Shown here piece by piece: positions 59,269 to 64,000 of a stretch of 64,000 nt of DNA. The notes under the pieces are model-generated. The model had not been told where the DNA came from. It did no database searches and was given only the letters and a program-made list of their open reading frames with translations. The DNA lies in contig OZ242195.1 in the NCBI GenBank assembly GCA_965205975.1, positions 672,001 to 736,000 on the forward strand, written 5' to 3'. The DNA comes from Candidatus Latescibacterota bacterium. Its GTDB lineage: Bacteria > Latescibacterota > UBA2968. How positions within the stretch are numbered: position 1 is the first letter of the stretch; each line of letters starts with the position of its first letter. The translations under genes and the position numbers were made by a program.

Positions 59269-59890
59269 TCAGGTTATAGTCGATCTCTTTGTCGAAGACC
59301 GTGCACACGAAAGTTTTCTGGAACCACTGTTGATGCGAATTGCTCGAGAACAGGATCAGGATATCGAAATGGAGATACGCGTACTTTCTGCCAGAGGGGG
59401 TCACAGTCGTGCAATCGCGGAATTCAAGGGTTATCAACAAACAATCGTCACGAAGAGTCGCTTGGGCAATGAGCCCGCAGACATAGTGGTGGTCACCATT
59501 GACGGCAATTGTTTGACCTTCCCGGTTGCACGAAGGCATATACTGGAAGCCACTGTTCCAATGTTGAAAGACCGAGTGGTCATAGCATGTCCGGATCCAC
59601 ACATTGAGCGGTGGTACGTCGCGGATCCTGATTCGTTCGAGACTATCGTGGGTTATCGTCCCAGTGTTGGTGACAAAAAGTGTGCCCGGGGCCACTATAA
59701 GCAGGTTCTGACGACCGCAATTCGACAGGCAGGCCATCTGGTTACACTCGGCGGAGTCGAATTCGCTCCGGAATTGGTAGAGGGCATGAGCTTTTATCGA
59801 GCTGGGAGGAATGATTCATCACTAAAGGCGTTCTTGGACGATTTACGAGCCATGTTACGGCAGGTGACACGAGATAGGGACGAGAATTGA
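59261..59890 (+). CDS. TOPRIM-like (DUF4276-like) partner of the ATPase
   Basis: Overlaps the ATPase stop; FVED (acidic residue after strand 1), VVVTIDGN, HIERWY. Confidence 0.7.
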   Translation: MSNQVIVDLFVEDRAHESFLEPLLMRIAREQDQDIEMEIRVLSARGGHSRAIAEFKGYQQTIVTKSRLGNEPADIVVVTIDGNCLTFPVARRHILEATVPMLKDRVVIACPDPHIERWYVADPDSFETIVGYRPSVGDKKCARGHYKQVLTTAIRQAGHLVTLGGVEFAPELVEGMSFYRAGRNDSSLKAFLDDLRAMLRQVTRDRDEN

Positions 59891-60021
59891 GGGTTATCGA
59901 GACATCATCACGGATTTTCTAAAAACAGAACTCGAGACCGTTGGTCTATCTGATCAACCAGATGTTGGAGGACCTTCTCGAAGGTGACAAAAAGTCTTTG
60001 AGATGCGGTAGAGGAGATCGC

Positions 60022-61239
60022 ATGAACCACACCGAGTTGTTTGACCTGATCCGCAATGGCGAGAATTCTATCCTGGAGTTCAAACGGGACGATATTCAGA
60101 ATCACGTTTTGGCCAAGGAACTTGTGGCTTTTCTCAATCTGGAAGGGGGTACAGTTCTGCTCGGTGTCGAAGATGATGGGCGTATTTCCGGTACGACCCG
60201 GGACCGTCTTGAGGAGTGGGTGAGCGAGCTTTGCCGCGTCAAGATCGATCCGCCGACTGTCCCGGTTCTCTTGTGGGTAAAAGATGCCGAGCCAAATCGG
60301 GATGTGCTCGCCATTTCCATCTCACGCGGTCCAAATAAGCCCTATGCGTGCGTCCACAGCGGTCGCAGAACCTACTATATCCGTGTTGGTAATACCTCTC
60401 GAGAAGCGAGCCGAGAGGAGCTCGAGCGGATGTACCAGGCGTCGGGCCACTTTCGATACGGTTTGAAGCCTGTGCCAGGTGCGAGTCTCGACGCTTTTGA
60501 CCTTCGCCGTCTGCGCGATTACCTGATTCAGGTGATTGACGGGCTGGCCCCAGAAACAGATGATATCGAGGGCTGGGAAACGCTGTTGCGAAATATCGAA
60601 CTGATGACCGTCTCTCATGCACAGCACGTTGCGACTATTGATGGGCTGCTTCTCTTTGGGAGAAATCCGAGCCGGTACGTGCCTCAATCCGGGATCCGCG
60701 CGATCTGCTATCCGGGACCTGATCCCGATTACGCAACCCGCGCCGATGAGGACCTGCGCGGCCCGATGGTTCCGCTGAAAGCCGCCAATGGAAGCATCGT
60801 TGAAATCGGCCTTGTTGAGCAGGCGTGGGATTTTGTACGTCGCAACACGACGCCAACGGCCCATATTGAGCGTGGTCGGAGGATTGATCGATGGGAATAT
60901 CCGGAAATTGTGATTCGAGAAGCCGTGGTGAACGCGCTCGTTCACCGCGATTACAGCATTTCAGGCACGGACATCATGCTGGCTATCTATTCTGATCGTC
61001 TCGAGATTCAGAGTCCCGGCAGATTGCCCAATACAGTGACAATAGATGGGATGAAATCGGGCATGCGCTACGCTCGCAATCAGACGCTGGTCAATATCAT
61101 GCGCGACTACGGCTACGTTGACGCGCGAGGCATGGGCGTGCGGAACAAAATTATTCCAGGGATGCAGGCCCACAATGGCACTGAGCCTGATTTTATCGAG
61201 GAAGAAAATCGATTTACCGTGCGGCTTTGGAAAGAGTAA
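60022..61239 (+). CDS. Schlafen/AlbA_2 domain plus HATPase_c_4 (RecG C-terminal-like) protein
   Basis: GENSILEFK, ELVAFLNLEGG...GVEDDG, YYIRVG; REAVVNALVHRDY, EIQSPG, RN, RGMG. Confidence 0.9.
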   Translation: MNHTELFDLIRNGENSILEFKRDDIQNHVLAKELVAFLNLEGGTVLLGVEDDGRISGTTRDRLEEWVSELCRVKIDPPTVPVLLWVKDAEPNRDVLAISISRGPNKPYACVHSGRRTYYIRVGNTSREASREELERMYQASGHFRYGLKPVPGASLDAFDLRRLRDYLIQVIDGLAPETDDIEGWETLLRNIELMTVSHAQHVATIDGLLLFGRNPSRYVPQSGIRAICYPGPDPDYATRADEDLRGPMVPLKAANGSIVEIGLVEQAWDFVRRNTTPTAHIERGRRIDRWEYPEIVIREAVVNALVHRDYSISGTDIMLAIYSDRLEIQSPGRLPNTVTIDGMKSGMRYARNQTLVNIMRDYGYVDARGMGVRNKIIPGMQAHNGTEPDFIEEENRFTVRLWKE

Positions 61240-61403
61240 AGTAGAGGAGGGTATTGATGTAATTTGTATTGCTTTATCTTGTTCAGATTTTCAACAAATC
61301 CGTGAGCACCGGCTATGCTGGTGCAATAAATTTCCTGGGCCGAATGTGTCGCGTGCAGAATTGACCGTGGCCTATCAACCAAAATGAAAATCAATTAAAT
61401 TCT

Positions 61404-64000
61404 ATGGCTATCAAAAAATCAGAAATTTACAGAAAAATCTGGGAAAGCTGTGACGCGCTACGCGGCGGCATGGATGCGAGCCAGTACAAGGATTATGTCC
61501 TTTCACTGCTGTTCATCAAATACATCAGCGATAAATACACTGGCGAGTTGTATGCGCCAATCACGGTGCCAGATGGCGCGAGTTTCACCGACATGGTCGC
61601 ACTGAAGGGCAAGTCGGACATTGGCGACCAGATCAACAAGAAGATCGTAGCCAAGCTTGCCGAGGTCAACCAACAGCTTTCGCAAGCGGATTTCCCGGAT
61701 TTCAATGACTCGGCAAAGCTCGGCGACGGCAAGGAGAAGGTTGACCGTTTAACTGACTTGATCGCAATTTTCGAGGACCCTTCGCTCGACTTCAAACAGA
61801 ACCTCGCGGGCGGCGACGATATTCTCGGCGATGCGTATGAGTACCTCATGCTCCATTTCGCTACAGAGAGCGGTAAGAGCAAGGGGCAGTTCTATACGCC
61901 CGCTGAGGTCAGCCAGGTCATGGCGCAGCTACTCGGAATCAAGGATGCATCAACCAGTTCGCAAACGACCGTTTATGACCCGACCTGCGGATCGGGTTCC
62001 TTGCTTCTGAAAGTCGCCGATCAGGCTGGCACGTCCGTCACGCTTTACGGGCAAGAGAAAGACGCGGCGACGACCGGTCTCGCGCGCATGAACATGATTC
62101 TGCATGATTGCTCTACCGCGGAAATCCGGCAGGGCAATTCACTGGCCGCTCCGAAATTCCTTGATGGTGAGGCACTCAAGATCTTCGATTATATCGTTGC
62201 CAATCCGCCGTTCAGTGACAAGCGTTGGACGACCGGCCTTGATCCTGAAAATGATCCGCATGACCGGTTCCAAGCCTACGGAGTGCCGCCGCCCCGACAG
62301 GGTGATTACGCCTACCTGCTGCATATCGTCCGGTCACTGAAGAGCACCGGCAAAGGTACCTGCATTCTGCCGCATGGTGTTCTGTTCCGTGGAAATGCAG
62401 AGGCAGAAATTCGCCGGAATCTGGTCGCCAGAGGTTATATTCGCGCCATCATCGGGCTACCGGCCAACCTGTTCTACGGCACTGGTATCCCTGCCTGTAT
62501 TGTCTTGATCGACAAAGAAGACGCGCATGCCCGCAAAGGTATCTTCATGATCGATGCGAGCCAGGGCTTTATTAAAGAAGGGCCGAAAAATCGTCTGCGC
62601 GCGCAGGACATCCACCGGATCGTCGATACATTCTGGAAATCCAACGATATTGCCGGCTATGCTCGCATGGTGTCTCTGGAAGAGCTCGAGAATAATGAAT
62701 TCAACCTCAATCTGCCGCGCTATATCAACAGCCAGAAGGAAGAAGACGAGCAAGATATCGAGGGGCATCTACGCGGTGGTATTCCAGCGGATGACATCGA
62801 AGCGCTGCAATCCTACTGGGATGTTTATCCAACTCTTCGACAATTACTTTTCGACGAGTGCAGACCGTTCTACCACGACTTGAAGATCGGTAAGGCCGAC
62901 CTCCGCTCAACAATTTTTGAGCACCCGGAATTTGTCGCATTCCAAAACGAAATGCGTGACCTTTTCGATCAATGGCGATTCTGCAGTGTGGGCTACCTGA
63001 AAAACCTCGAAAGGGGATGCAATCCAAAGCAAGTGATTTTCGATCTGTCTGAGGACTTGCTTAATCATTACAGCGATAAACCCTTGGTCGATAACTACAA
63101 CATCTACCAGCATCTGATGGACTATTGGTCAGAGACGATGCAGGACGATTGCTACTTGATCGCCGCCGATGGCTGGAAAGCCGAGACCTATCGTATCATC
63201 GAGAAGGCTAAGAATGGGAAAGAAAAAGACAAGGGTTGGACTTGCGATCTGATTCCTACAGAGTTGGTCATCGCCCGCTTCTTCGCTGAAGAACAGGCCG
63301 AGTTCAATCGCCTAATTACTGAACTTGAGAGGGTTGAGACGGAAAAGACCGGATTGAAGGAAGAACACGGTGCCGAAGAGGGGGCACTGGCCGACGTCAG
63401 CAACAAGACGGAAGCTGAAGCGGCATTGAACGAGGCAATTACTTGGGTCTGGGAGCAGGAGAATCCAGAAACGTATAGGGAAGCGAACTCGCTTGAACGC
63501 CAGATCGCGGATGCTGAGAAGCGGATTGCAGAGCTTGCCACTTCGGACATACTTCAGGCCTGCAGGGGCGCGAGAGGTATCACACAAGCCAAAGTGAAAG
63601 CCGCTCTGGTAATCGCCAATTCGATATTGGATCGTAAGATGCTTAATGAGTATCTGGAAACCGTGAAGTTGCTTAGGCCGACCAAGAATATGCTCAAAGA
63701 GTTTCAGGAGAAAGCCTTTACGCGGATCAAAGCGGCCATGAACAGTGACCCAGACAACGAGATCTATGCCGACCTGAGTGTCATCTCACGGTACCTCGAT
63801 CTGATCCAGGAAGAGTCTGGGATAAAAGCCAAACGCAAACAAACGGAAACGGATCTGGATCTGGCGGCCTACAAAAAATATTCTGAACTGACCGTAGAAG
63901 AGATCAAAGTACTCGTCGTAGAAGACAAATGGATGACAACAGTCGGCGATCGGATCGAGGGCAGGATGGGGCGGATCAGCGATTCACTATCCGAGCGCGT
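61404..64000 (+). CDS. hsdM: Type I restriction-modification methyltransferase subunit M (partial, runs off window end)
   Basis: Manual translation MAIKKSEIYRKIWESCDALRGGMDASQYKDY; GQFYTP; YDPTCGSGSLL; VANPPFS (N6-adenine MTase); LPHGVLFRG; NLNLPRYI. No stop seen before the window end. Confidence 0.95.
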   Translation, partial: MAIKKSEIYRKIWESCDALRGGMDASQYKDYVLSLLFIKYISDKYTGELYAPITVPDGASFTDMVALKGKSDIGDQINKKIVAKLAEVNQQLSQADFPDFNDSAKLGDGKEKVDRLTDLIAIFEDPSLDFKQNLAGGDDILGDAYEYLMLHFATESGKSKGQFYTPAEVSQVMAQLLGIKDASTSSQTTVYDPTCGSGSLLLKVADQAGTSVTLYGQEKDAATTGLARMNMILHDCSTAEIRQGNSLAAPKFLDGEALKIFDYIVANPPFSDKRWTTGLDPENDPHDRFQAYGVPPPRQGDYAYLLHIVRSLKSTGKGTCILPHGVLFRGNAEAEIRRNLVARGYIRAIIGLPANLFYGTGIPACIVLIDKEDAHARKGIFMIDASQGFIKEGPKNRLRAQDIHRIVDTFWKSNDIAGYARMVSLEELENNEFNLNLPRYINSQKEEDEQDIEGHLRGGIPADDIEALQSYWDVYPTLRQLLFDECRPFYHDLKIGKADLRSTIFEHPEFVAFQNEMRDLFDQWRFCSVGYLKNLERGCNPKQVIFDLSEDLLNHYSDKPLVDNYNIYQHLMDYWSETMQDDCYLIAADGWKAETYRIIEKAKNGKEKDKGWTCDLIPTELVIARFFAEEQAEFNRLITELERVETEKTGLKEEHGAEEGALADVSNKTEAEAALNEAITWVWEQENPETYREANSLERQIADAEKRIAELATSDILQACRGARGITQAKVKAALVIANSILDRKMLNEYLETVKLLRPTKNMLKEFQEKAFTRIKAAMNSDPDNEIYADLSVISRYLDLIQEESGIKAKRKQTETDLDLAAYKKYSELTVEEIKVLVVEDKWMTTVGDRIEGRMGRISDSLSER

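Overview
A gene-dense bacterial window of moderately high GC. The sulfatase expansion, the DUF1552/DUF1592 pair and a DFDG-type EF-hand/dockerin-like module suggest a Latescibacterota/Poribacteria/PVC-like organism (inference only). Positions 1-40 kb are mostly minus-strand catabolic genes: nine sulfatase-family genes (one split by an apparently intact IS630, one with Thr at the catalytic position), PhyH-type dioxygenases, a sialidase-like protein, transporters, GNATs and several gene fragments. Positions 40-46 kb hold katG and a small permease/dioxygenase cluster. Positions 48-56 kb hold esterase, sugar-isomerase, oxidoreductase and fucosidase genes. Positions 56-64 kb look like a defence island: AAA ATPase-PD-(D/E)XK, ABC ATPase plus TOPRIM-like partner, Schlafen/AlbA_2 protein and type I HsdM. 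The most unusual element is absent from the ORF track. It is a 105-nt tRNA-like gene at 18063-18167 (-) with a non-canonical 8/4 (allo-tRNA-like) fold, a very long variable arm, Ala/Ser identity elements (G3.U70, G73), a tandem G.A anticodon stem and an 8-nt anticodon loop (CUUCCAAA). The second most unusual is an in-frame fusion of a TnpB N-terminal lobe to an intact Nudix hydrolase, behind an IS200/IS605 left end and a near-consensus promoter. All family calls come from reading motifs by eye; no database searches were run.
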